NCBI RefSeq assembly: GCF_964194155.1
Contig: NC_135884.1
Location: 100,502,001-100,566,000, forward strand
DNA: 64,000 nucleotides
Reading direction: 5' to 3'
Origin: Cetorhinus maximus
Taxonomy: Eukaryota
Shown here: positions 1 to 13,905 of the stretch, in pieces
How positions within the stretch are numbered: position 1 is the first letter of the stretch
Layout of the letters: every line of letters starts with the position of its first letter
Made by a program: the position numbers and the translations under genes
Notes under the pieces: model-generated
Database searches by the model: none
Told to the model about the DNA's origin: nothing
The model's input: only the letters and a program-made list of their open reading frames with translations

Positions 1-90
1 AAAATCCTAAAATTTTGTTTGTGTCATCATAATGATGAGTCTTTGTCAGTTTTTTGATATTCTTCATATAATTAATTTCCCCCATTATAG

Positions 91-236
91 AGCACAGCTG
101 CCCTCAGCGTCAGCTCTGCGGAGGAAACCAAGCTGCAACGGAACGCATGATCCAGTTTGGACGGGAGTTGCAAGCCTTGAGTGAACAGCTTTGTCGTGAA
201 TATGGAAAGAATGCTACTCACAAAAAAATGTTGCAG
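91..236 (+). CDS. RANBP10: RANBP10 internal coding exon (CRA-domain region)
   Basis: AG acceptor at 89-90, GT donor at 237. Translates [48 protein letters not shown], matching vertebrate RANBP10 ([31 protein letters not shown]). Confidence 0.93.
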
Positions 237-766
237 GTATTGCATGTTCTAGTTATTTTAAAAGTCCTAGCAGAACGAATGAACTTAGTTGATCCCATTG
301 CCCGCCCTCTTATAAGTGACTTCCGAAAGGTGCATATTTCCCTAAGCGACACAAAATATTCCACTTCACTTACTATACCGCATGAAATTCTCTACATGCC
401 ACATCCTTTACCAGACAACATCACATTCAAAAATAGAGTTAAGTTGCCAGTTTGAACTAACTGTTTTGGAATAACCAGGTTTTCATCTGGCTTGCCTAGC
501 AACAATTGGTTTGAGGGCCAATTGCGGCTGGGATTTAAATTAATTCTTAATTAGAAGTTATTCCTAATCTACCACTAGTGCTAATTGTTTTGGCTATTTT
601 GACCATTTAACCAAAGGATTTGGAAGAGGGTTGTACTTAAATATTTTTTTAAATTCTATTCACAAAAAGCTCAAAAAAGGCAGTGAGACAAAGGTGGCTA
701 AAATGCTAATGAGCTAGGAATTAAAGATTTTTTCAAAGACTGTAAACAACAAGTCCATTGTTACAA

Positions 767-843
767 AAATAGAAAATGCTGGAAAAACTCAGCAGGCCTA
801 ACATCATCTGTGGAGAGAAAAACAGAGTTAACATTTCGAGTCC
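767..843 (-). mobile_element. Penelope-like pseudo-LTR fragment (3' half of hammerhead motif)
   Basis: gaaaatgctggaaaaactcagcagg...gagttaacatttcgagtcc is the reverse complement of the motif at 42705-42782 and similar to 43290-43373. Confidence 0.7.
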
Positions 844-1706
844 ATTTCAAGTCTGTTGTTAACTTGTCTCTGTAGTTGATGAACACCTCATACCTATTGC
901 ATCGCGAGATCTCTGGTCCCGGGCACTGGACGGGCTAAAGCCCATCCTTCAGGTTGTGAATAGTGGAAGATAAGAACGGACAGAAATACTCACTCACTGG
1001 CAATCAAGTTTATTAAACAGATGAGCTGCAATGGCAAATTACTGTCAAATTTGAAAGATTAGGATACAGGACAATTTTTTTGCTTAAATCAATCAAGACA
1101 AGTCACTAGTGTGGGGAAGTTTAAATGTTCATTTTTTTATTTTCTTGCACAAAGACAAGTTACGTAGATGAGTGAAATGGGTCTAATTGTAACTATTGTT
1201 TGGTATGTTTAATTGCTATAACTTAAAGCAGCTTAACTATTTGCATCTTGGCCTTGTATTTTAAGGCTGTGCTCTCACATGCATTTCTCCAGTCTTTCCA
1301 AAGGCGGACCAAGAAAGCATTTCGTGAGATAGTCAGATATGAATCGTTTAAGCTACTTTATTTCACGACAAGGAACATACAGAGCATTGTTCTGATTGGA
1401 TTTAGCTTGGTTGCATCAGTACAAGGTGTACTGATAGTAAATAGGTTATGCCTATCCACATTAGTTGCTCACCTTGCTTGACTTTAAACAAAATAGCTCC
1501 TAATTACCCTTCTGAGTCTGACAAGGATCTTGCAACTCTCTGTTCTTAAAAAGTTCGTCATCAGGGAGTCTTTCTGGCTCCGTTTTTTTTAAAATCACTC
1601 TCTGCTAATGGCCTTTAAGGAGGGCCTATGTCAGGCAAGTCCTGCGTGACACCCTGGACCAAGAGCCTCCAACACAATAGGTGCGGGTGCTGAGATAGAA
1701 TTTTTT

Positions 1707-2918
1707 AAAATTCATTTACGGGATGTAAGCATTGCTGGCTAGGCCAGCATTTATTGCCCTTCCCTGATTGCCCTTGGGAAGGCGGTGGTGAGCTGCCTTC
1801 TTGAACCGCTGCAGTCTGTGATGTAGATACACCCACAGAGCTGTTAGGAAGGGAGTTCCAGGATTTTGATCCAGTGACAGTTAAAGAATGGCGATATATT
1901 TCCAAGTTTGAATGGTGAGTGGCTTGGAGGGAGAACTTCCAGGTGATGGTGTACCCATGTATCTGCTGCTCTTGTCCTTCTACATGGTAGCGGTTGTGGG
2001 TTTGGAAGGTGCTGCCTATGGAGCCTTGGAGAGTTTCCGCAGTGCATCTTGTAGATGGTACACACTGCTGCCACTGTTTGTTGGTGGTGGAGGAAGTGAA
2101 TATTGTGCAAGGGGTGCCAATTAAGTGGGCTGCTTTGTCCTGGATGGTGTCAAGCTTCTTGAGTGTTGTTGGAGCTACACTCATCCAAGCAACTGGTGAG
2201 TATTCCATCACACCCCTGACTTGTGTCTTGTAGATGGTGAACAGGCTTTGGAGCGTCAGGAGGTGAATTACTAGCTTCAGATTTCCCCTCCCCTGACCTC
2301 TTGTAGCCACAGTATATGGCTAGTCCAGTTCAGTTTCTGGTCAATGGTAAGCCCCCAGGATGTTGATAGTAGGGGATTCAGCGATGGTAATGCCATTGAA
2401 TGTCATGGGCAATGGTTAGATTCTCTCTTGTTGGAAATGTTCATGGCCTGGCACTTGCGTTACTTGCCACTTGTCAGCCCAAACCTGGATATTGTCCAGG
2501 TCTTGCTGCATTTGAACATGGACTGCTTCATTATCTGAGGAGTCGTGAATGGTGCTGAACATTGTGCAATCATCAGCGAACATCGTGATGGACGGAAGGT
2601 CATTGATGAAGCAGCTGAAGATGGTTGCACCTAGGACACTACCCTGAGGAACTCCTGCAGTGATGTCCTGGAACCAAGATGTTTGACCTCCAACAATCAC
2701 AACCATCTTCCTTTGTGCTAGAAATTACTCCAACCAGTGGAGAGTTTTCTCCCTGATTCCCATTGACTCCAGTTTTGCTCAGGCTACTTAATGTCACACT
2801 CTGTCAAATGTTGCCTTAATGTCAAGGGCAGTCACTCTCACCTCACCTCTGGAGTTCAGCTCTTTTGTCCATATTTGAACCAAGGCTGTAATGAGGTCAG
2901 GAACTAAGTGGCCCTGGC
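1707..2918 (-). mobile_element. 5'-truncated CR1/L2-group LINE (family B, Crack-like), RT C-terminus plus 3' tail
   Basis: ORF pieces GVPQGSVLG, FADDCT and YKTQVRGVMEYSPVAW. The tail gggcaataaatgctggcctagccagc is shared with other copies in the window. Confidence 0.85.
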
Positions 2919-3370
2919 CACTTGTGAATACACTTTGCTTTGAAACACCAACATTTAAAACACCAGCATTTAAACTTTTTTTCCCAGATCCTTTCTGAGC
3001 AAATAAATATCACAAATTCTCAAAGGATGACACCACTTTATACTGTACTGATATTTTTGATTTTTATACAATTGGACATGCAGTGTGCTTATGCATCAGA
3101 ACATTGTGTCACAAAGAGCAGGGGAAAGAGCATTGTTCCTTCCACTGACTTCTTGATCTTTGACAGCTCCTCATAGCAATAAAAAGCTCCTTACAGGTTG
3201 CAATCAAGCAGTCCCTAGCTTAAGAACAGCATTGGAAGAGGCTGGAGATATTTATATTTGAGGAAGAAGGAGGTACAAAAATAAAGTTAGAAGCTGTGAA
3301 GCTTGAAGGGGTGGTAAAGTTTGTTTTTAATCACTGTTGTGACACAAGTTTTTTCATCTTTCTTCTCCAG

Positions 3371-3482
3371 GACGCATTTAGCCTGCTAGCATACTCTGAT
3401 CCTTGGAGCTGTCCAGTTGGCCAGCAGCTTGACCCTATCCAGAGGGAACCTATCTGTGCTGCCCTTAATAGTGCTATTTTAG
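3371..3482 (+). CDS. RANBP10: RANBP10 penultimate coding exon
   Basis: tcttctccag acceptor and G|gtaag donor. 112 nt, [37 protein letters not shown]; phase-compatible with both neighbouring exons. Confidence 0.95.
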
Positions 3483-3629
3483 GTAAGCAGAAAAGTAAAA
3501 AAAAGAACAAGAATATTTAAACAGCTTTGAGTCCTTTTGAATAGTGATTGAGGTAGAAATTGGACTTCAATGCATCAGTTTTACGAAGCCCAATTTCAAG
3601 AAACAATGTACCACAACCGAAGGAAGCCT

Positions 3630-3910
3630 GAAATAGTCGTTTGGTAGTACAGAACTTGTGTATTGCTGAAAAAGAGACATTTTGTCGAGTCTTTTCGTCT
3701 TGCACTCATCAGGACATTTTGCAAGAATATGCATCCAGGGGAGACAACAAATTTATGCTGTGTGAGAAGAGATTGCTGATTGGTTGGCAAGTGGAGTCTG
3801 ATTGGCAGAGGCGTTGCCATAGAGAATGCACCAGTTGATGGTGACTGACAGTAACTGCCAAGCATTGTTTGAAATTTAAACCGGGCATCTTGACTCTGAT
3901 TGGTCAAGGC
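3630..3910 (-). mobile_element. Probable Penelope-type terminal-repeat relic (second family) carrying a hammerhead motif
   Basis: Contains the minimal hammerhead at 3683-3716 and repeated ctgattgg (CCAAT) motifs. Boundaries approximate. Confidence 0.45.
3683..3716 (-). ncRNA. Minimal type I hammerhead ribozyme motif
   Basis: Minus strand reads UGUC-CUGAUGA-GU(GCAAG)AC-GAAA-AGAC-UC-GACA: stem I UGUC/GACA, canonical core, 2-bp stem II, NUH = CUC. Confidence 0.6.
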
Positions 3911-4059
3911 CTTTCCTCAGTGCAGGAGGACAGGAAGTGTTTTCCCAAATCCATATTATTTCCAATCAGCCCAGCCAACATTATCACTCCACCCAGTCGG
4001 ACTTTCCTTCAAGGCCCCTTAACTCAATAACATAAGGGATCATATCATTTATTTTAGGT

Positions 4060-4190
4060 GTTGATTGAAAGATAAGTGTTTGGCCAGGGCCCAAGAGACC
4101 CTCCCCTACTCTTCAAAATACTTGAAGGCATATGGGGCCTTGAATTAACATCTCATTCAAAGGGCCATATCTCTGACAATGCAGCAACAT
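4060..4190 (-). mobile_element. Degenerate Deu-domain SINE fragment
   Basis: ctcccctactcttcaaaata...ttaacatctcattcaaagg...gacaatgcagca resembles the copies at 25780-25985 and 40425-40832. Confidence 0.45.
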
Positions 4191-4698
4191 TTTCTCAGAG
4201 GGAAGTAGTTGAGTATTTTTTCTGACTCATGCCAGCTGATTTTGAACCACAAGATTAAAAAGGGTTAACAAACAAAAATAAATATTGCATCATCAGCAAG
4301 TGATGTCAGACCTGTCCTGGCCTTGGAATGTATCACATTCTGTGCTGGTTTCCTCCTGTCTAATAGCCTCAACCCCTACGTTAAGTCATGTACACACTAA
4401 CAACATGCTCTAGAAATGCAACAACATTTTGAAATGCTAACTGGACAGCTAGGAAACAACTTCCTCATGCAGAATTCATTGGATTTGAGACTAAAGCCAG
4501 TTGCTCTGATATATATTGCTTATTCTCAGCCTAGTTGCTGCATGGAGCACGAGGTAAAGGATGTGTCCCCCTCAATGGAAGAAAATCTGAAGTAACCTGA
4601 TTATCCCCTGTTATGAGTACACCTTTTGTGAGGAGGAAAGAGTGAGTTAAAATACAATATCTTCAATGAAGAGTAATGAAAATGGCAATGATCTGTAG

Positions 4699-4896
<198 letters not shown>

Positions 4897-7800
4897 CTGC
4901 TGTGGCAGTGGAAAGACCTCAGATACTGCCCCCTCACCTCCTGTTCAAGACCTACAACAACCCCTCCCCTCTTAAAGACCATCGCACTGCCCACCAGATG
5001 GATGCTGACCGATCTCCTTTCTTGCCAGCATCCTTGTTACATTTTATCAGGTTACACGACTGAATGCATTGCATTTTGAAAGTGATCATGGGTGCAGTTG
5101 TGCACGGTACAAATGTAGCGTATTTCTCTCTGATTTCTTAGTCACTGAGCCACCAGTATTTAGCCCTGGAGGTTGTCCTGTGCTAGCCTCTGTAGTTTAC
5201 TGGTTATCATTAGGGCTGTAACAAAACTCATATTTTGAAGCTTTAATCATTTATATTATTTAACAGGGCTCAAATAACGCCCTGGGTTTGTAGCAGCATT
5301 ACCTGATGCCATTTTATTCTCCAGCATTAATCATAGCGCTTCAACTCCAGTCCCCATTTCCTTTGGCAAAAACTCATAGACACACAAAGCTTTGGTGTAT
5401 AATATTTCCAAAGCTTTAAATCCCCCTCTCTTTCACCCCAATCCTTTGCCAAAAAAAACACAACTCTTGGTTTGTTACAGCCCCAGTAATCAACCACGTT
5501 TGGTTTACATCTTTTACATGTTCTACCTGTGTATATTTGTGTGGAACAATGCTGCTCATTATCACTTTGCTGTTTGGTTTTGCTTTTCTGCTGTTCAGCA
5601 TCTAGTTGCATAGCCATAACTTCCACTCATTTCTTATTGGAGGTTTTGCTTTAAAACCCACATTATGTCATATTATACAGAATGAGTTCTGTCTAGCCTC
5701 ATACTTTAAACTCTGAGTTCAAATCACATTCTCAAACTGACGCTTCCATCAGGCGTCCCCTTCCAATATCAGTGCCACCAATTCTCTAGGTCATCTGTCA
5801 GCAAGAAATAGAACGGTGTCAGGAGTGGGAGGGAAATAATGATAGGCAAGTATAATTGGGATGCAAAGCTAATCTAACTTTCTGGGGCTGAGGAAACCAA
5901 GGCAAAGGCTATTTCTGCAGTTGAAAGTATACATTTCTAGAGATTTACTACACAAGCATCCTTTGTGAAAGGACTTTCTTAATACGTTTTCTTATAATAC
6001 AAATTAAGCTCTGGGAAAGTTAGTTGGCTAGTGACTTGTTCCTCTGTTGCCTGAATACCACAGCACTGATTTCATGTTTCCAGCTATCACTACAATGTCA
6101 TTAATTGGAACAATCCACCCTGGTTGTTTGCAAGCTATTAAAACTTCAAGATCAACCAGTTAGTCATGCCTGTCCAATTAATCCCACCTAAAAATCACAC
6201 GGAAGCAGCAATCATAAGATTAACAGAGCAACATAGGATTAACTCCCCAGAAAAACATCAGGATGACAGAATTCCAGACATGAGCCAAGAAATTTACTGT
6301 GCTGTCGGTTCCTGTGGCTGTCTTGAATGTCATAAATTAGGAATCTAACTACTTAGAGGTCTATTAGTTCTGTAAATCAGTAATTATCTAGAAGAAGAAT
6401 GATGCCAGTTTGACAATAGGCAGTGACCATGAATCAAGCAAATTCTTAATAGTTATTTTAAATGATATCCAGTAAAAACAATAGGAACTGGACTATAACT
6501 TCAGAGTTGTGAACTGTTCACATAGCAAGGTGGGATTGAAGTGCTGGCTTTTAATAGTTCATAAGAAAAAAAGACCATTACCTCCTCTTGTAAGCTTCTT
6601 TTATATTGGTGCTATTCTAATTCAGATTCAGTGAGCCATTGAGTTAGTATTTGATGCTAAGTCCAGTTCCTTAGTCCCTGAATTAAATCAGATATTGTTT
6701 CCAGCAAATTTCAAAAAGGAAATGTGGGAGTCCCTGTATCATTGCACGATCAGACATACACATTATCGTGAAACACTGCACCAATTAATGTGAGATTTTA
6801 ATGCCCAAGGATCACATGATCCGATATTAACTTACTTAACTTCCTGCTGTTTATTTGCCTGAGTGTCTGTAGCAGAACTTGGTGATCAGAGTGGAATTAG
6901 GGAGCCAAAAGGACAAAATATGGTAGTTGCAGGAGACGATGGTGTTCCTAAACATAATTTCAGTGAAGGGTGGAACCACTTTGGCATTACTTGAAATGTA
7001 AAATATGAAGGAAAATGGAAAGCTTGTGCAAGACCACTAATGTCAGTGGGCAAAGCTGAAATGCCATCTTAGGGATCAGATAATGCAGTATCCTCCACTT
7101 TCAGGAGTGTTTTTTTTGTCACATCATGGAGGAGAAAAAGTACTTTCATATTAATTCAAATTTACCAAACCTCTGCAAAGAATGTAGTGGTGCAGTGTAG
7201 ATGGATAATTGATAAAGCACACTGCTAAGCTTTAGCACAGTTGTCACTTGTAACCAACGTTTTGCTCAAATTGAACTTTCCTTTTTGGCCAGTGATTTCT
7301 TAAAATGTTACCGATCTTCATTAGCATTACAATTCTGTTACTTCGTTTTTAAAAATCCATTCCATGTTTACTTTCCATTTATTCTTCCCCCTTCCCATCC
7401 TCTCCCAGCTGCTATTGGGCACTGTTCTGTTCCATGGGGAGGCTAGACAGCCTCCCCAGGCCTTTGCCTATTCCATATTGACCTGCCGCAGGGAGGTATG
7501 CAGAACTGATCTGATATGATGTCTGACATCAGTTCTGCTCAGCCAACCTAAGAAGCTTGTAAAGTATGGCAGTGCAGCATGACTATCCATTGCACTGCTC
7601 TGTGGTGCAGCATATGGGGAAAATCTGGTATTTTTTGGATGTTTACTGAGAATTTTAGTTATTGAATTTTTGACCGTGAATTTCAACATTGCATGGTTGA
7701 TATTTTTTCATGTACATGTTAATATTTACGCACTTGTGCAATCCGTAATGTTCAAATAATAGACTTGAAAATGGATGATCCCTGTTAACACTTTGATGTT

Positions 7801-10800
7801 GCTAAGTTTCAGCTTGCTGAGAGATACAAGAAACCAGACGATTTTTGTCATCCAAATGCCAAGCTTAGGTAGGCAGTTATGCGCCCAGACTTACACACAG
7901 ATTGAACACAAGCCTGATTGTGGAACAATCCTGGCGTTATCCAAAGTATAATTCTGCACCTCTGGGATTGGGATAATTTGACCACTGTTTTTCTTCTCGA
8001 CTGGTTTTCCCAAGAGGCCCCCTTGCTGCCTGCTTCAGGAGGATCTAAGCATGGGTGTCTTCAGCGCTACTTTGAGATTGCCTGACTGAAGATGTGACAG
8101 GTCCCATCAGTTTGCTCTTCCAAGCATGGCCGTGACTAACAGTTAGTGAAACTTGTCAATGCTGCTACTCTAAAGTAAGGCACATTTTTCCCATTGAAGC
8201 TGAGATTTGAACTTGTGGCAGTGAGATTGGGCCTGGGGTGTATGGAGGAAAATCTGTTGAGGATGTCAAAGTATCAAAAGCTTCTGGAGTTGTTTTCAGC
8301 ATCATATGGAAATTGGAAGTACCAGCCATTCCCTGACTGAGCCTGATTGTTTCTGGTAAATGTCACATATTAGTATAGATGTTTTTAAAGGGTTAATGAA
8401 AATCAGTATCCATATTCGATTGCCTCCAGATGTATGGTAGAGCATAAAACATAGGGTGGAGTATGATGCGGAAATTAATGAGGGAAGTGGGGCAATAATT
8501 CACTGGGCTGCAGGAGCTGCAAAATCTTTAGAATTTTATAGTCTAATATAAAGGATATAGCATTTCTATTGGATTTAATTTTTGAATAGATTTGAAAGCT
8601 ATTATAAACCATGTATCATCCCTGTCAGCACTGTTGGATACTCCAAGCAGTTTTCAATAATAGTAATCTCTGACACGCTGGGCAGTGCTTCACAACAAGT
8701 GTGCATGCAGTGTGGGCAACACCAGGTGGTTTGAGGTGTGATTTACATCTGTCATTTTTATTTTCAGCAGAATTATCTGACTACACCAATATTAATTTTA
8801 ACCAATCTTTTTAATAAGGTTCATGGGGCTTTGGAGCTTTTGGAAGGTCCAACTTTTAAGATGTAAGACGATATTGGTTTAGGCACCCTGATTAGACTTG
8901 CCTTAAATTAAATGCCTTATACTTAGATTTTTCATGGAGTTAGTTAAGGAAGAAGTGTATGGAATTGATCCACAATCTGAACTTTTTTTGAACATTTTTT
9001 AAATTACACTGATAACTGTTCCCTGGTCATAGTTAGGTCTATATCATTACTGTAGCTTTGTTTTTAGAGAAACTTGATTAAGAGCAGCGTACAGCAGATG
9101 TTCTTTGTAGGTTTTCCTCTTCTCGTGATGCAATATATTCAGTGATGTCACAGTGAAGTATTTTGTGTGCAAACCACTTTTCCCCACAGGACAGGAATTT
9201 CACATCAAATATTTGCTTCCACCTGCTTCTACCAACTACTATGGCATAAAACTAAGTGTAGACTGAATGACACCAATACATTCACAGCTGCTTCCATTTT
9301 AAGGGATTTGGCAACTTCCAGTTGCTGGATTGTTTATTACTTTCTGAAAGTTAATAATCTAGATAAATGAACAGGTAATAATGTATATTTCCCTTTTTAA
9401 TTAAAAAAAATGGGTTGCGGCATGTTCCATTTAAGGTCACCCTTAATCTGTTAACAAATCCAACTTTATTTAAAGCTGCATTAACTTTAATGTGAATTTT
9501 ATCAGGGCACAACTTGAGCATGTTCTATTTCAGATTCAGTTTTGTTTGAAGGGGCAGTTATGGAGATTAATTCAGACATTTCTCATGTAAAACCGTATCT
9601 CAATTAAAAAGAAGCATAAAGCTTATGCTGGAAAAGATCAACAATTTAGTTGTTTAAGAGAGGGTACATACACATTTGTACAGCGTTGTCTGATAATTGC
9701 TGGATAGCCCCAGCTGGGACTACAGTGATGCTACTTTAGCCACGTGCACTAAATTAAGTAGAAAATGCTTTGCACACAATACGAGTAAATGTGAGTGGTG
9801 CATATTTACTTAATTCCATTACCATTCAGTAACCAAGGCAATAAATAAAGCACTCTCAATAAGCAAAAAATACTTGCGAATTCTGCTTTTCTGAATTTTG
9901 CATTTTACCATCAAATGCACAAAGGTTTAAAGTACACATGCATACGCCATGTGAATGAATATTAGGATCGCATTTACTGATCAGAAATGGAATGGAATTA
10001 GCAAAATCAGGATTCTCAATTGGCCAGTTATGGCAAGTGGCTAATGTGTTGGACAATACTGACTTGGGAAATGAAACATATGTTTTTTTTGCAGCGATCA
10101 ATCCCCTACTTAGTTCATCAGGCACACTCAGAATTTTTGTGACTGCATTCCCATCAAGACACATTGAATCAGAAACAAGAGAAAGCTGGGTCAGTTTCTC
10201 TTGCTGGACAGCCCACTGTCTGCTACTAGCTGATCTAGAAATTGACATGACAACAGATTGCCCATTGCTGGAGATCCACCTGGACATTGCAGGTCTTGAA
10301 ATTTCACACTGACTGACAATTGGAGAACTACTCTTACATTTTTTAAAACTTAAACTGAGCTGTCGGCTAAATGTTTTTTAAGCCTGGCTGCTGGTTACCT
10401 TTTATATATAAAATAAATACACTTGCCAAACCAGAACCTAATTGCCAAACTCTACATAGCCTCCTCTCCCTCCCCCCCCCCCCCCCCCCCCCCAATAATA
10501 GGAGTAAAATGAAATTAAAATGGCAAACCAATGGGCATTTAATTGTACAGAACATTGATTTGCTGGCAAATTGCTAACTTTGAAAAGCCTGGACAAATGA
10601 CATACTGTAATTTAGCAACATGAACTTTATTCAGTATTGTATATTTACAAATTGAAAGACCAGTAACAGCTGTGTTGGAGACAGTACAACTGATTGGTCA
10701 CACTTTCATCCCGGTTGTCACTGTAAGCTGGAAAACTGTATTGTGTACTAGGTAAGTGTGAATGTGAATGGAGGTGTAATACTATATGACAAGCTACTAA

Positions 10801-12200
10801 CAGCTTTGTGAAACCATGTATTTTCCTTTCTTGTTTTTTTTTTAAATGTCTATCAATCAGTGGTGAGGTTGATGTTGTCACCTTAATAAGACAATCTAAA
10901 ATGATAATTTTAAATTAAAGTTTCTGATTTCATTTTTCGACATTTGTCATTGGAAACAATGCTACTAATTTGTATGTTGTCTCACTAACATCTTACGGCT
11001 GCAATTATGCACCAGTTTTAATTTTATTTCTGGCTGTATGTTTTCAGTCCCACTGTCTCTTCCCCCCACCCCCCGCCTCCCCAAGCAGCTATTCTTGACA
11101 CAACTCAAGTGTTGTGCTGATTCGGGAGGCAGTGTACAAACCCTGGCACATTGAAGAAAAGTGGTATAATTTACCTATCCTATCTTCTCTTTCTGCTAAA
11201 TTTCCCAAATGAGTTCTGATTCTGGATATAACCAAACAGCAATTTAGAAAGAGAAGCATGCTGCAACTTAACAGTAATTTACATTTGCACTCTCACAAAA
11301 CCCTGAGGTTGATGCTTTTGAGTTTGTACCAGGCACTTTGAAATATGGGAACAGGAGGTCTCATTTTCCTGATGTTATGAAGTGTACTGAAGCATGGCTT
11401 TGATTTTTTTTATGTGCGCTCTTTTTCCCTTGGTTGGGCTCTGCGAAACTAATGCTGATTTTTTTTTTTAATTTTAATTTTCTTTTTTTAGAATAAAACA
11501 ATAAAAATGGTGTGACACTATTTAAAGATTTAAAAGTTCTGTTAATCTAGTAATTCTAGTTTTGTGTACTTAACTGTGCTCAGCTTGAAATTATAGTCAT
11601 TTTGTTTAAAGGAAGGGAAGGGTGATAATAAAATTTTAAATTCTGTATACAGTATAAAATGTATACATTGTAATTTAATGATTTTCTTTTGTTGCTCCAA
11701 ACTCAGGTATGATGCATACAATTACAGCATGGAATGTGAAGCAAGATGTTTCATTTTACCAACACAATACTCATGAACTAATTTCTGCTCCATGCTCAAT
11801 ATCAGTTTAGTTTTGTTATGAATTCAATAAATGAACACACAAATTGTGCACAAGTACAATGGTTGTTCAGTTTGAGCATAGTAAGTATTTGTGAAGCAAA
11901 AATTACCAAGTACGAGCATGAACATTTGAGAAACTTTTAAAACAAAAGCAAAACACAAAAAAAAACAAAATGTGTACTAGAAAGATGTTAAAACAAAATG
12001 TATTCTGTTGTATTTTGACAGAATTATTTTTATTAAAATACACAGTCATGTGCTAAATTGCTGTTGGATTTTTTAATAACTTCTGCCCATAGATTTTTTG
12101 CAGTTGGTCATGTATACTTTTTCCATTGCTACAAACTTAGTTTATAAATTGCAAATTAGAAACAGCTTGTCAGTTTCATTAAAATAAACATGCACAGTAA
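4897..12200 (+). other. RANBP10: Putative long RANBP10 3' UTR
   Basis: Follows the stop codon. AT-rich, with no recognisable young LINE. AATAAA signals near 9840, 10412, 11492, 11826 and 12183; LINE relics resume after about 12.5 kb. The 3' end is inferred. Confidence 0.5.
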
Positions 12201-12549
12201 TTGATGAAAGTCAAACACTTGGTTAAAGCAATGCACATTCACTTCTCAAACCTGGTGCAAAGTCCAGAATGAGCTGATGGACCATATTTCTCCTTGCTCT
12301 CCTACAAAGGCCCCCAAAGAAGCCATGGAGCTTTAATTGACTATACTGAGTATCATCGGTCATTTGCCTTTCATTTAATTTTTATTTTGATGCAGAATTA
12401 GTGTAAAATTGTTTAAATACTCTGCAGCTCCTGGTTGTTTAGATCAATTCATTGACAGTGAATGCGAATTTCAAACACAATTTTCACATTTAGTTACAAA
12501 GTAAGGCTCAAAAAAATTATTTTTTTTATCACTGGAGCAGAGGGGATTA

Positions 12550-12900
12550 CGGAAGGGGTGGTGAGCAGGATAATCTAGATGAGGCTTTCAACATAGTGAA
12601 AGATTTTGAGATGGTAAATAGTAGAAAGGATTGTTTCCACTAGGTGGTAAATGGCTAACAAAGATATAAATCCCAAGTTTGGCACTAAAAGAATAAAGGG
12701 AGAAACTAGAATTTTTTTTGAACTGGTAATTAAAACATGGAATGCCTTGCTATAACTAGTATAAGTGATAACATAATTTGAAAGGGAATTTGTTAAGGCA
12801 TTTTCAAAGGAATAATATAAAATATGAGACTTGATAGCTATAATTGAATGAGAAAAGATGTGTTGGATTTAATGGGCTCTTGTACTGTCATTACTGATTC
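12550..12900 (+). mobile_element. Old CR1 LINE 3' end
   Basis: Degenerate match to the CR1 ORF2 C-terminus and tail (gaggctttcaa..ttgtttccact..tggaatgccttgc) seen intact at 36990-37357. Confidence 0.5.
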
Positions 12901-13544
12901 TGCAATGCTGTATTTTTTTATTTTAAGGAGCTGCTTGTGATCATTAAAAATTAAATCTTAACAGTCCTCTGCTTTGCACCCGTCACTAGTTTCAGAATGA
13001 TTATGAAGTTATTTAGAGAGGGAAATGAGCAAGTCCCAAGGACATTTATCCAGGATCCATGCTTCCAGTCGGCAGGATTGAGGTATTCTCTGTAATGAGG
13101 TGGCAGAGTATTCTCATGGGTAATGTTTTTGGCTGATTTTCCTCATTAGCCTTCTGCTGAACACAAAATTACACACCAATCAAGCACCTAACTGATGGAC
13201 CACCGATTTAGGTTTGGGTCAGATCAGTAGGGACAATGTCGGTGTGTTTAAATAGAACACTAGCAGTTAAATTATCAATTTGCAAGAGTTGATGTTTGCA
13301 AGCACTGTTTATTGTCAGTTGAAGGGAAAAGGAAAGGGAGGAAAGAAAAAGGTATATGGAAAATAACGATCAAGGAAAAGCTAAATTAGAATTTTAAAAA
13401 TCTGTTACAATGGTGATGTACTTGCTGTCCGCATGGTGGTGATGCATTTAAATCTCAAATTACAGCACTGAGAAGGAGCAAAGTGTTAGCTTTCTTTCCA
13501 AAGATTTTTTTCGTGTGTTCTTGACTTTAGCTTTAGAACTGGGA

Positions 13545-13905
13545 GAGCTCACTCCAGACTTGCGAGCATAAACTAGGCTGATACACCAGTGGAGTACTGA
13601 AGCAATGCTGCATTGTTATAAATGCCATCTTTCAGAGGCTAGGTTAAATCAAGGTTCCATCTGCCTGATTAAGTCGATGTTCCAATTTTATTGTACTGTT
13701 GGAATAAAGCAGCAAGCTCTGCTGTGTCCTTGCCGATATCCCTCACTCAGCAAATACTGTCAAGAGAAAAAAATCATTTTGTCATTCATCTTATTGCTGT
13801 TGATGGAACATAATTGCAAAATAATTGTAGCTTTGGCCTATATCGCATTCACTGTACTCAATCTTTTGCCATGTGAATAGCCTTGAGTAAATGCAATTTT
13901 TTTCT
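13545..13905 (+). mobile_element. Deu-domain SINE (SacSINE1-like), degenerate
   Basis: ggctgatacaccagtggagtactgaagcaatgctgcattg...gccatctttcaga..gttaaatcaagg resembles the DeuSINE central domain. Confidence 0.6.

Noticed and set aside
237-455. Continuation of ORF 147..455 beyond KKMLQ
   Set aside because: Read-through into the intron past the GT donor at 237; no RANBP10 similarity.
9856-10312. Overlapping 143-aa (-) and 106-aa (+) ORFs in the putative UTR
   Set aside because: No recognisable domain, splice structure or promoter; compatible with chance.
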